Origin: an uncultured delta proteobacterium
Lineage (GTDB): Bacteria; Desulfobacterota; WTBG01
DNA: 64,000 nucleotides
NCBI GenBank assembly: GCA_963793865.1
Contig: CAWCBP010000001.1
Coordinates: 192,001 to 256,000 of the forward strand
Direction: 5' to 3'
Below the pieces are notes generated by a model that saw nothing but the letters and a program-made list of their open reading frames with translations, searched no databases and was not told the DNA's origin. Each line of letters opens with the position of its first letter. The stretch's first letter is position 1. The translations under genes and the position numbers were made by a program. Positions 1-8,013 of the stretch are shown one piece after another.

Positions 1-927
1 CCAGCTGGTGCCTTTATAGCGGGCGTATTTGAGATGAGAAGGTGTGCTATAATAACTGTAACTGATATGGGGATTCCCGCTACCATCAATGGCTATTGAG
101 GTAGACCGCCCAGCATCAGAGTTACTGTCAACTGTCGCTGCTACCCAAGTGCCACTCTTATTGGTAGCATACTTGAGGTCATAGTTATTCCATTCACCAT
201 CATAGCTGATATGCGCCTTCCCGTTTGAGTCAAGGGCAAGGGAGGTATACGAGCCTACTCCATAAGCATTATCCACAGTCTCTGTAACCCAGGCACCACT
301 CTTGTTGGTGGCATACTTGAGACCACCGTTAGTATCACCATAATAGCTGATATGCACCTTACCCTCCGCATCCAGGGCAAGTGAGTTGTATCCTCCTACA
401 TCCCCAACGCTATCCACCATCTCTTTCATCCAAGTGCCACTCTTGTTGGTGGCATACTTGAGACCACCGTTAGTTTCATCATAATAGCTGATATGCACCT
501 TACCCTCCGCATCCAGGGCAAGTGAGTTGTATCCTGCTACATCCCCAACGCTATCCACCATCTCTTTCATCCAAGTGCCACTCTTGTTGGTAGCGTACCT
601 AAGTTCATTGCTAGCACCCTCATAATAGCTGATATGTACCTTCCCTTCTGCGTCCAGGGCAAGATCATTGTAGTAGCCTGCACCTCCAACGCTATCTACC
701 ATCTCTGTTGTCCAAGTGCCACTCTTATTGGTGGCATACTTGAGGTCATAAGGAAGGTTAGCACAGTAGCTGATATGCGCCTTCCCCTCTGCATCCAGGG
801 CAAGTGAGTTGTATCCTGCTTGCTCTCCAACGCTATCTACTATTTCTATATTCCAAGCCATAGCTTGAACTTGATAATAACTATTATTAATTAACACCAA
901 GAAAATTAATGTAGTTGTCTTTTTCAT
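1..927 (-). CDS. Secreted ~47-aa repeat protein, beta-propeller-like (partial, runs off left edge)
   Basis: Not in ORF track; translated by hand from ATG 927 (GGAG upstream): MKKTTTLIFLVLINNSYYQVQAMAWNIEIVDSVGEQAGYNSLALDAEGKAHISY...DLKYATNKSGTW..., open to position 1; signal-peptide-like N-terminus; about 6 repeats of SLALDxxGKxHISY...LKYATNKSGxWxxExVD. Confidence 0.85.
   Translation of the reverse strand, partial: MKKTTTLIFLVLINNSYYQVQAMAWNIEIVDSVGEQAGYNSLALDAEGKAHISYCANLPYDLKYATNKSGTWTTEMVDSVGGAGYYNDLALDAEGKVHISYYEGASNELRYATNKSGTWMKEMVDSVGDVAGYNSLALDAEGKVHISYYDETNGGLKYATNKSGTWMKEMVDSVGDVGGYNSLALDAEGKVHISYYGDTNGGLKYATNKSGAWVTETVDNAYGVGSYTSLALDSNGKAHISYDGEWNNYDLKYATNKSGTWVAATVDSNSDAGRSTSIAIDGSGNPHISYSYYSTPSHLKYARYKGTSW
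296..600. repeat. Near-identical 141-bp intragenic tandem repeats
   Basis: CCACTCTTGTTGGT recurs at 296, 437 and 578 (period 141 nt = 47 codons) with almost identical intervening sequence. Confidence 0.9.
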
Positions 928-1084
928 CTCCGTTCCCGCCCTTCAAATAATAAACCCCACCTGCTTAGACTTTCTCCCATCTAAGAAAAAGTGGGGTTGT
1001 GTCATTAAGTGCATTCATTGGAACACCTATTACACACTCTTAGTGATATTAATTTAAAGCATAGAACCTCACTTTTATCAATGC
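928..1084 (-). promoter_or_regulatory. Sigma70-like promoter plus structured 5' leader (copy 1)
   Basis: Minus strand TTGATA(1081-1076)-17 nt-TTTAAA with extended TG; then GTGTTC-CAAT-GAATGC hairpin and AACCCCAC...GTGGGGTT hairpin (998-953); homologous to 61787-61936. Confidence 0.65.
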
Positions 1085-1520
1085 ATTTTTCTCCTTCATT
1101 CAGGGGATTCATACCATATCTTGGGGCTCTTCAGGAGCAGGAAAAAGTTTAGACTATACCAAAGAACATGAGATTCAGCGACTACCCACGATACACCTGA
1201 AAACATTGGTAAATTGAGGCGGCGGTTTTTCGCACATAGCTACCATACTGGGTGGACCGTGGGAGATGAAAATATTTGCTACTACGACATCAATCCTGGA
1301 GTAAAATATTTCTGAACATTACTCTGCCTGATTGCAAGAAATACGGAATACCCCAATACCACAGGTTACATACCGTATTACAAATTATACATGTTTTGAG
1401 GTAATTACCCATCTTGCAAAAATTGACTTTTACATAAGCAATGGTAAGATAAACCAATTGTTGAGTATATTACGTAAAATAAAAAATTGTGATAAAAACT
1501 CGCTTGATCTAAGGAGTGTC

Positions 1521-3650
1521 ATGAACTTTTTGATTGCCTGTTTTACGGCATTGCTTTTATTGATGACCGGCTGTACCGCCCGGGATGCTTCAAAAGGCAA
1601 TTTCAACATTGTCCTCATCACCATCGATACTCTGAGGGCAGATCATCTTTCCTGTTATGGCTATGAACGTGAGACATCTCCTCATATTGATGCTCTTGCA
1701 AAACAGGGGATCCTTTTTAAAGATGTGACTGCACCCTCATCCTGGACAGCACCCTCCATGGTTTCTCTTTTTACCTCAACCTATCCTATCAATCATGGTG
1801 TAATTCACGGACTGCCTTTTCAGACGGCGAAAGGGTTGCGCCAGGAAGTGTTTTCGGAGAAACTCATCACACTGTCGGAACTGCTGAAGGATAAAGACTA
1901 CACTACCTTTGGCGTATCATCCAATCACACCTTGACTGCAGAATTGGGATTTGCAAGAGGTTTTGATTACTTCAGATATGTCAATTGGATGCCTGCTGAT
2001 ATCATAAACAAGATTGTATATTCATGGGAAGATGCCATAAAAAAGTCAAACCGTTTTTTTCTGTGGGTACATTACATTGATCCGCACAGTCCCTATAATC
2101 CACGGTCTCCTTGGATTGAACACTACACCGCCGGGAATCTGACAGGCATTGATGCACTGAGCAGAACAGATGCAAAATTACTCGTGACAGAGCTCAAGAA
2201 AAGGCCGGAGGAGCTATCCCGGGTGATAGCGCTTTACGACAGCGAAATTAATTATGTTGATGCGTATATTGGTGAACTCATCGAAAGATTTGAACTGGAT
2301 AAAAATACCCTGCTGATCATCACCTCTGATCATGGTGAGCAATTGATGGAACGCGGCAACCTGGGGCATTCAATTGATCTGCATAAGGAAGAGCTGCATG
2401 TTCCCCTCATCATAAAATCCCCGATGATTTCAGAGAATCATGTAATTGAAAGGCAGGTCAGCATATTGGATATAATGCCCACCATTTTACAATTACTTGC
2501 TATTGATCTGCCTGAACACATCGGAGGAACACCCCTTTTGCAACCTTCGGGGATATGGGCTCGTCTGAAGAATAGGGTGACAAGCAGACGGGATTCCGTA
2601 CCTCATTATGCGGAATTGAACAGTCATGCCGTTTTAAAAACAATCATCACGCCGCCCTGGAAATATATCTATGACTATCTGACCAAATCAGATCAACTCT
2701 ACAACATCATATCTGATCCTCGGGAACAGACAAATCTCATCGATAGGTATCCCGGGCAGTCTGATGATTTAAAGAAGCAATTGTTCTCTTGGGTCGATCA
2801 GATGGAGACGTTCCCCACCAAGGATCACTTTATGCCGCTTACACCTGATGCTCGGGAAAAGCTTGAAACCTTGGGCTATTTGAGTGCGCGGGAAAAAGAA
2901 GATGATGATAAGGATGGTACCGTTAATGAAGAGGATAACTGTAGGTACAAACAAAATGGTCCCGCGAAAGGTATGTGCATGAGCGGTCACCGTGGTGAGT
3001 TCTGCACGAGCAATGAGCAGTGTGGTGCTGGTGGATTGTGCAGTATGCGGCAGGAAGATGCTGATGGGGACGGGATTGGTGATACTTGTGACTTTTGTGA
3101 GGGCAGGGGTGCATATGATGTGGATGGAGACGGTATGTGCGATGAAGCGCATTTTGCTATTGAAAAGGTTTGGCTTGAGGCAGAGCATGCGGATAGCATG
3201 GTAAGTCCACTTGAGATTGCTGCCGATGCGAATGCTTCCGGCGGCTGCTTTATCCATGCTCCAAATGGGTCGGGAAACCAATATGATCTAGGACAAACAA
3301 TCATGGCGACTTACACCGTATTTGTTTCACGGCCTGGAGTATATTTTATATGGGGGCGGGTGCAGGCACGGGATGGCAATGATAATTCATTCTTTGTGCA
3401 AGTGGATGACAACCTGGATAATTTGTGGGAGGTGGCACTAGGAGAACAATGGCATTGGGATGCAGTAAATGATCGTGATAATGCAGATCCGGCACGACTT
3501 GTGCTGAAATCGGGGGTGCATAAAATAAGGGTTGAACTGCGTGAAGATGGGACAAAACTGGATAAGCTGCTGTTAACCAATGATCCAGATTTTGTGCTCG
3601 GCGGCACAGGAGATGTGGTTGAAAATCAAGTGTATCCTTATGGCGATTGA
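1521..3650 (+). CDS. Sulfatase-like (alkaline phosphatase superfamily) exported hydrolase with Asp/Cys-rich TSP3-like segment and C-terminal carbohydrate-binding-like module
   Basis: NIVLITIDTLRADH, WTAPS, HYIDPHSPY, TSDHGE, LYxI.SDP.E motifs; DADGDGIGDTCD-type repeats; WLEAE...ASGG jelly-roll-like tail; AAGGAG RBS favours ATG 1521 over TTG 1332; LMTG-C lipobox-like site. Confidence 0.85.
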   Translation: MNFLIACFTALLLLMTGCTARDASKGNFNIVLITIDTLRADHLSCYGYERETSPHIDALAKQGILFKDVTAPSSWTAPSMVSLFTSTYPINHGVIHGLPFQTAKGLRQEVFSEKLITLSELLKDKDYTTFGVSSNHTLTAELGFARGFDYFRYVNWMPADIINKIVYSWEDAIKKSNRFFLWVHYIDPHSPYNPRSPWIEHYTAGNLTGIDALSRTDAKLLVTELKKRPEELSRVIALYDSEINYVDAYIGELIERFELDKNTLLIITSDHGEQLMERGNLGHSIDLHKEELHVPLIIKSPMISENHVIERQVSILDIMPTILQLLAIDLPEHIGGTPLLQPSGIWARLKNRVTSRRDSVPHYAELNSHAVLKTIITPPWKYIYDYLTKSDQLYNIISDPREQTNLIDRYPGQSDDLKKQLFSWVDQMETFPTKDHFMPLTPDAREKLETLGYLSAREKEDDDKDGTVNEEDNCRYKQNGPAKGMCMSGHRGEFCTSNEQCGAGGLCSMRQEDADGDGIGDTCDFCEGRGAYDVDGDGMCDEAHFAIEKVWLEAEHADSMVSPLEIAADANASGGCFIHAPNGSGNQYDLGQTIMATYTVFVSRPGVYFIWGRVQARDGNDNSFFVQVDDNLDNLWEVALGEQWHWDAVNDRDNADPARLVLKSGVHKIRVELREDGTKLDKLLLTNDPDFVLGGTGDVVENQVYPYGD

Positions 3651-4266
3651 GCTGTAACAGAGGAAGTTTTTAATCGCGAAAATTCTCAAAATGTTGAGAA
3701 GGCCAAATAAATGAAAAATCTTATACAATTCCTAAATCTCAGTTTAAGCGAATGTATAAGATACATTGCGTAGGGTGGGTAATTTCCCAGGTTTCAATTC
3801 TTTATACTACTACCATAATGACCAATAGCTGATATACGGAATATTTTCTCCATATTGCATATTCTAATAGAATGTCATTAACAGATTTTATGAAATAGGG
3901 AAGGGGGATCGTGTGGGCACATGGGTATTAAAATCTTCTAACATTTTTCTAACAAAATACTCAAAAACACCCTAAAATGGCCTAAACGCCATATGAAGTA
4001 CAAAGGCCATAACCATCTGATAACTTTGATCTATTCCAATCTGTTATCTTTTAGTTATGGCCTTTGAAGTGTTCCGGAGACCAACGCTCAAAAAAAATGC
4101 TCATTTTTTTCTCAAAAACCGGAACGCGGGTGAGAATAACTGAGTGAGCCCATTCGTTAGGACCCCCGGGAGGAAGTAGGGGAAGGCAGCTTTTCCCGCA
4201 CACATTACAATCGTCCACATACGCCCGTAGACGTTGTCCCATTATCAGCAATCTGATCACATTGGC

Positions 4267-5559
4267 TCAATACCGGCAGGTTTCAAACAGCGTGCCGGTG
4301 TAACCGAAGATGCGCTTGAATCGTTCAATATCTTCCGGTGTTCCGATGGCTTTTGCCAGATTGTCGCTCAGCTTCACCGTTCCATGACCACAGGAATCCA
4401 CCACCTTGACCACCAGCGATAAAGCCCCCAACCCGAGATCATTGGTGAGATTGGTGCCCCAGCCAAAGGTGACCTTGATCCTCCCGGAGAAATGTTCGGT
4501 GAGCCGGCAGATGCTTTCGATATCAAGCCCGTCGCTAAAAACAATAAGCTTCTCCCGCGGATCAATGCCGTGGCTTTCGTAGAACCGGATGGCCTTCTCA
4601 CCAAAAGCGACGGGATCCCCGGAGTCCTGGCGCAGGCCTTTTAAATTGCGCGCCTGCTCAGGGGACAAATTCCGAAAGAAGAAATCGCTGCCATAGGTGT
4701 CGGTTAAGGCAACGGACAGATCAAAGCCGTAGTAATCCCACCAGTCCTGCAGAACTTTGTTGTGAGATGCATAAATGGTTTCTTCGGTGTCATGCATGAT
4801 ACCCGACACCACCATAAACATTTCATGAGCCATGGTTCCGATCGGCGCCAGCGAGTATTTCCGGGCAAAATAGACATTGGAGGTGCCGATAAACTGACCG
4901 GGCGGAACGTCTGCACTGAGCTTTCCCATGAGGGCATTGTGCCACGCCAGTGAGAAGCGCCGCCTGGTGCCGAAGTCGGAAAACACAATCTGCGGCTGTG
5001 CCTTCACCAGGGCTATTTTCCGCTCAAGACGCCGCAAACCTTCTGCCCATGCCGAATCGATTGTGATACCTTCATGCTCCATCAGCGAGCGATAGTAGAG
5101 TTCATTCACAATGGATAAAATGAATGTTTCCCAGTAGATGGCTTCAGCCCAGTTTCCTTTAACAGTAATTTCAAAGGTGTCATGAGTGACTTTTACCTCA
5201 TAGGCCGGCAGCTGCAATCTCCGGAGAAATTCCAGATACGGTTCATTAAAAAGAGGTTTGCCTGACAGCGTAATAGTGCGCAGATAGGAACAGTCTTGTC
5301 GGGTAAAGCGCAGGCCCCGCACATGGTCAAGCTCTTCGCGGAACCGCGCCTCCTTGATGTGCCGGGCAAGAAAAATGTTTGCCGTCCGGTTCTTAAAGGA
5401 ATAGGTGACCGGTATGCCGGGGTATTTATCAAAAACGATCTGCCCCATGGTGAATTTGTAAAAATCGGTATCCAGAAGTGATGCAATGACCGGTGCGGTA
5501 TCCGGACGCCACTGAGCAGAGCCTGTTTTAACTGTACATACCTCCATGGAGATTACCAC
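4267..5559 (-). CDS. pncB: Nicotinate phosphoribosyltransferase
   Basis: SLLDTDFYKFTM, SDFGTRRRFS, GTMAHE, ALTDT, RQDSGDP, FSDGL, VKLSDN motifs. Confidence 0.96.
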   Translation of the reverse strand: MVISMEVCTVKTGSAQWRPDTAPVIASLLDTDFYKFTMGQIVFDKYPGIPVTYSFKNRTANIFLARHIKEARFREELDHVRGLRFTRQDCSYLRTITLSGKPLFNEPYLEFLRRLQLPAYEVKVTHDTFEITVKGNWAEAIYWETFILSIVNELYYRSLMEHEGITIDSAWAEGLRRLERKIALVKAQPQIVFSDFGTRRRFSLAWHNALMGKLSADVPPGQFIGTSNVYFARKYSLAPIGTMAHEMFMVVSGIMHDTEETIYASHNKVLQDWWDYYGFDLSVALTDTYGSDFFFRNLSPEQARNLKGLRQDSGDPVAFGEKAIRFYESHGIDPREKLIVFSDGLDIESICRLTEHFSGRIKVTFGWGTNLTNDLGLGALSLVVKVVDSCGHGTVKLSDNLAKAIGTPEDIERFKRIFGYTGTLFETCRY

Positions 5560-5660
5560 TATTCATTGGAAAAGAGATGCCGGGCCGTTATGCATCATCC
5601 GTTCATGAAAAGATATCTGCTCATCCATCACACACAATCGAAATGCGAATCGCCGGACCC

Positions 5661-5753
5661 TAGCAGGTTGTTAAAAAAATATTTTTCTGTGGCTGTTAAA
5701 AAGCCCCTCCCCCTTTAGCCACAAATCGATGGGTGTTTTTCAACAACCTGCTA
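5661..5753. mobile_element. 93-bp MITE-like element with IS-type terminal inverted repeats
   Basis: TAGCAGGTTGTTAAAAAA ... TTTTTCAACAACCTGCTA; the same end occurs at 26949 and a related one at 39909-39925. Confidence 0.65.
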
Positions 5754-5780
5754 CGGCTTTCGCCCTGCAGCGGCAGCAGT

Positions 5781-6461
5781 TTATTTTGCACGCAGCATAA
5801 TTCTGGCGTCTGCTATGACACAGGTGTCCGCCGAACACATCACCGGATTGAGATCGATGGATTCGATGTGATCTTCGAGCTGCATGACCAGATGGGAAAA
5901 GTCAGCAAGCATGCGGGTCAGAGCTGACAGGCAAACGGGTTTGGATCCCCTGTGCCCTTCGAGCAGCTGACGGGCTTTGAGACTTTTTATCATTGTTTCT
6001 GCTTCCTTCTGGTCCAGGGGCGCCATTCTTAAGCACGTATCCTTATAAATCTCCACCCCCGTTCCCCCGATCCCTAAAAGAATTACCGGGCCGAACTGGT
6101 AATCCACTTTTGATCCGATAATCAGTTCCACGCCGGAGACCATTTCCTCGACCACCATGCCGGCAAATCCGCGCAAGGTGCTGAAATGGTGAAACGCGGC
6201 GCTCAGTTTTTCATCAGTATCAATGCCTGTCTTTACGCCCCCGACATCAGATTTATGCAGGATTTCCGGGGAGACCACTTTGACCGCCACGGGATAACCG
6301 ATGGCGTGGGCGAACTGCAGGGCTTCATCCCATCCGGTTGCCCAGATAAATCGGGGAACATTCAGCCCCGCCAGGGATAACAGCTTTTTTGCTTCCGGCT
6401 CCATAACCCAGCCTGTTTTCCCAGCGTCCTCAAGAATAGTCTGAATCTCCTGGCTCAGCAT
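5781..6461 (-). CDS. ADP-forming acyl/acetate-CoA ligase beta subunit (ATP-grasp)
   Basis: IGYPVAVKVVSP.ILHKSDVGGV, FGPVILLG.GG, DLNP, DARI; overlaps end of alpha subunit. Confidence 0.92.
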   Translation of the reverse strand: MLSQEIQTILEDAGKTGWVMEPEAKKLLSLAGLNVPRFIWATGWDEALQFAHAIGYPVAVKVVSPEILHKSDVGGVKTGIDTDEKLSAAFHHFSTLRGFAGMVVEEMVSGVELIIGSKVDYQFGPVILLGIGGTGVEIYKDTCLRMAPLDQKEAETMIKSLKARQLLEGHRGSKPVCLSALTRMLADFSHLVMQLEDHIESIDLNPVMCSADTCVIADARIMLRAK

Positions 6462-7822
6462 CGCCGGCACCTCCTCATGGCATCGGCCATGAGCACGGCT
6501 CCCTCAATAGAGGGAGATACGGGTATGTTGTTAAGCTCAAATCCCTCGATGAGCATGCCGTATTTTTCTATGTGGGGTATGTAGGCGATCAACGGTTTTC
6601 CCTCCTGACGGTAGATCTGGCTCAGTCTGGCCCCAAGATCAGAGGAGGTGCCGGGAAGGTAGGGAAGCATGAGAACGATGATACAATCGATTTCAGGGGT
6701 TTTACTCAAACGCCTGACGGTCGCCACGAAGTCATCATCCACGGCACTGCCTGTGAGGTCGATGGGGTTGCTGACCGAGGCAATCGCCCGCGCACTGGGT
6801 GAAAGCTGTTCCCTGATTTCCTGTTGCAGTGGCAAAGGCAGAGAGGGGACGGCAAGGCCGTGATCGGTGCAGGCATCCACCGCCAAGGCGCCATGCCCGC
6901 CGCTTCCGGTCACAATGCCTACCCTGCATCCCGTGAACCGCGCGGAGCAGCTCAGTGCTTCACAAAATGATACCAGTTCGAGCTCGTTTTTTGCCTCAAC
7001 CACGCCACATTGAGAAAGCGCCGCTGAAAAAACATCGTAATCCCCGGCCATGGAAGCCGTATGGCTGGAGACCGCCTGTCTTCCTCCGGGGCTTTTGCCG
7101 GCCTTTAACACAATGACCGGTTTCGGACATGTGCCGGCGGCACGAACGAACCCCCGGCCTTCATTTTTGCCGAACCCCTCCACGTAGAAAGCAAGCACCT
7201 TTGCTTGTGGATCATTCCCCAGATACTCAAGCAGATGCAGCTCATTGATGAGAGCCTTATTGCCGATGCTCACCGCCGTTGACAGTCCAATGCCTTCCTG
7301 GGAGAACTTTAGCATCTGGTCCACAAGGATTCCCCCGCTTTGGCTTATCAGTGCCACGCTGCCCGGGTCAGGGAGGACCATGCGCTCGCTGGGAATGAAA
7401 AAAGTGTCGACTGCCGCCGGCGCATAGATGCCGAGGCAGTTGGGCCCGATAAAGGGAAAATCCGCCTCCTTGGCCATGGCAACTATTCGATCCTGAATTT
7501 CCGTATTGCCGCTATCGGCAAATCCGCCGGAGATTATGGCAGCACTCCCGACCCCGGCTTTAATACATTCTGCCAGTGTGTCGGGCACATATTCTGCCCG
7601 GACGGCGATTACGGCAAGGTCGATTTTTTGTGGCAGTGCCGACACGGAGGTAAACAGCTCCTCATTCTGGAAAACGCCTCCGCGCGTGTTCACAGGAAAG
7701 ACTTTGATGGGGTAGCGATGAGCATTTTTATTATAGATGACGTTGGCCGGATGACGGTCATTGGTTGATGATACACCGATGACCGCCATTGTTTTCGGCT
7801 TGAATAACGGCTGGAGATTCAT
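6455..7822 (-). CDS. ADP-forming acyl/acetate-CoA ligase alpha subunit (CoA-binding)
   Basis: P..AVIG.S, GPNCLG, SQSGG, SIGN, SSHTASMAG (phospho-His), NPIDLTG. Confidence 0.93.
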   Translation of the reverse strand: MNLQPLFKPKTMAVIGVSSTNDRHPANVIYNKNAHRYPIKVFPVNTRGGVFQNEELFTSVSALPQKIDLAVIAVRAEYVPDTLAECIKAGVGSAAIISGGFADSGNTEIQDRIVAMAKEADFPFIGPNCLGIYAPAAVDTFFIPSERMVLPDPGSVALISQSGGILVDQMLKFSQEGIGLSTAVSIGNKALINELHLLEYLGNDPQAKVLAFYVEGFGKNEGRGFVRAAGTCPKPVIVLKAGKSPGGRQAVSSHTASMAGDYDVFSAALSQCGVVEAKNELELVSFCEALSCSARFTGCRVGIVTGSGGHGALAVDACTDHGLAVPSLPLPLQQEIREQLSPSARAIASVSNPIDLTGSAVDDDFVATVRRLSKTPEIDCIIVLMLPYLPGTSSDLGARLSQIYRQEGKPLIAYIPHIEKYGMLIEGFELNNIPVSPSIEGAVLMADAMRRCRRC

Positions 7823-8013
7823 TCATTCCCCTCCCCTCAACGGGAAAAGCGTGATTACTATGGTCCGCCCTGAAATAAGTCGTACGTGGCAATGACGAGG
7901 GATGAATTTACTTATTTAAGAGCGTCCCCTGATTGTCCCGTACATCCTGCGATCCACTCAGCTCACTTTGTAATGAGTTCCAATGCTCTGTCAAACATTT
8001 GTTGAGCTGTGTC

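Noticed and set aside
296..600. CRISPR array or DGR template/variable repeat pair
   Set aside because: Repeats are in-frame 141-bp coding units without spacers; no cas or reverse transcriptase gene in the window
1332..1520. 63-aa N-terminal extension of the sulfatase-like ORF
   Set aside because: AT-rich promoter-like DNA; RBS and signal peptide start at ATG 1521
4127..4199. Possible SRP (4.5S) RNA: TAGG...CCGGGAGGAAGTAG resembles CAGGTCCGGAAGGAAGCAG
   Set aside because: Three extra C residues and substitutions disrupt the conserved domain IV symmetric loop; cannot be supported without a covariance search
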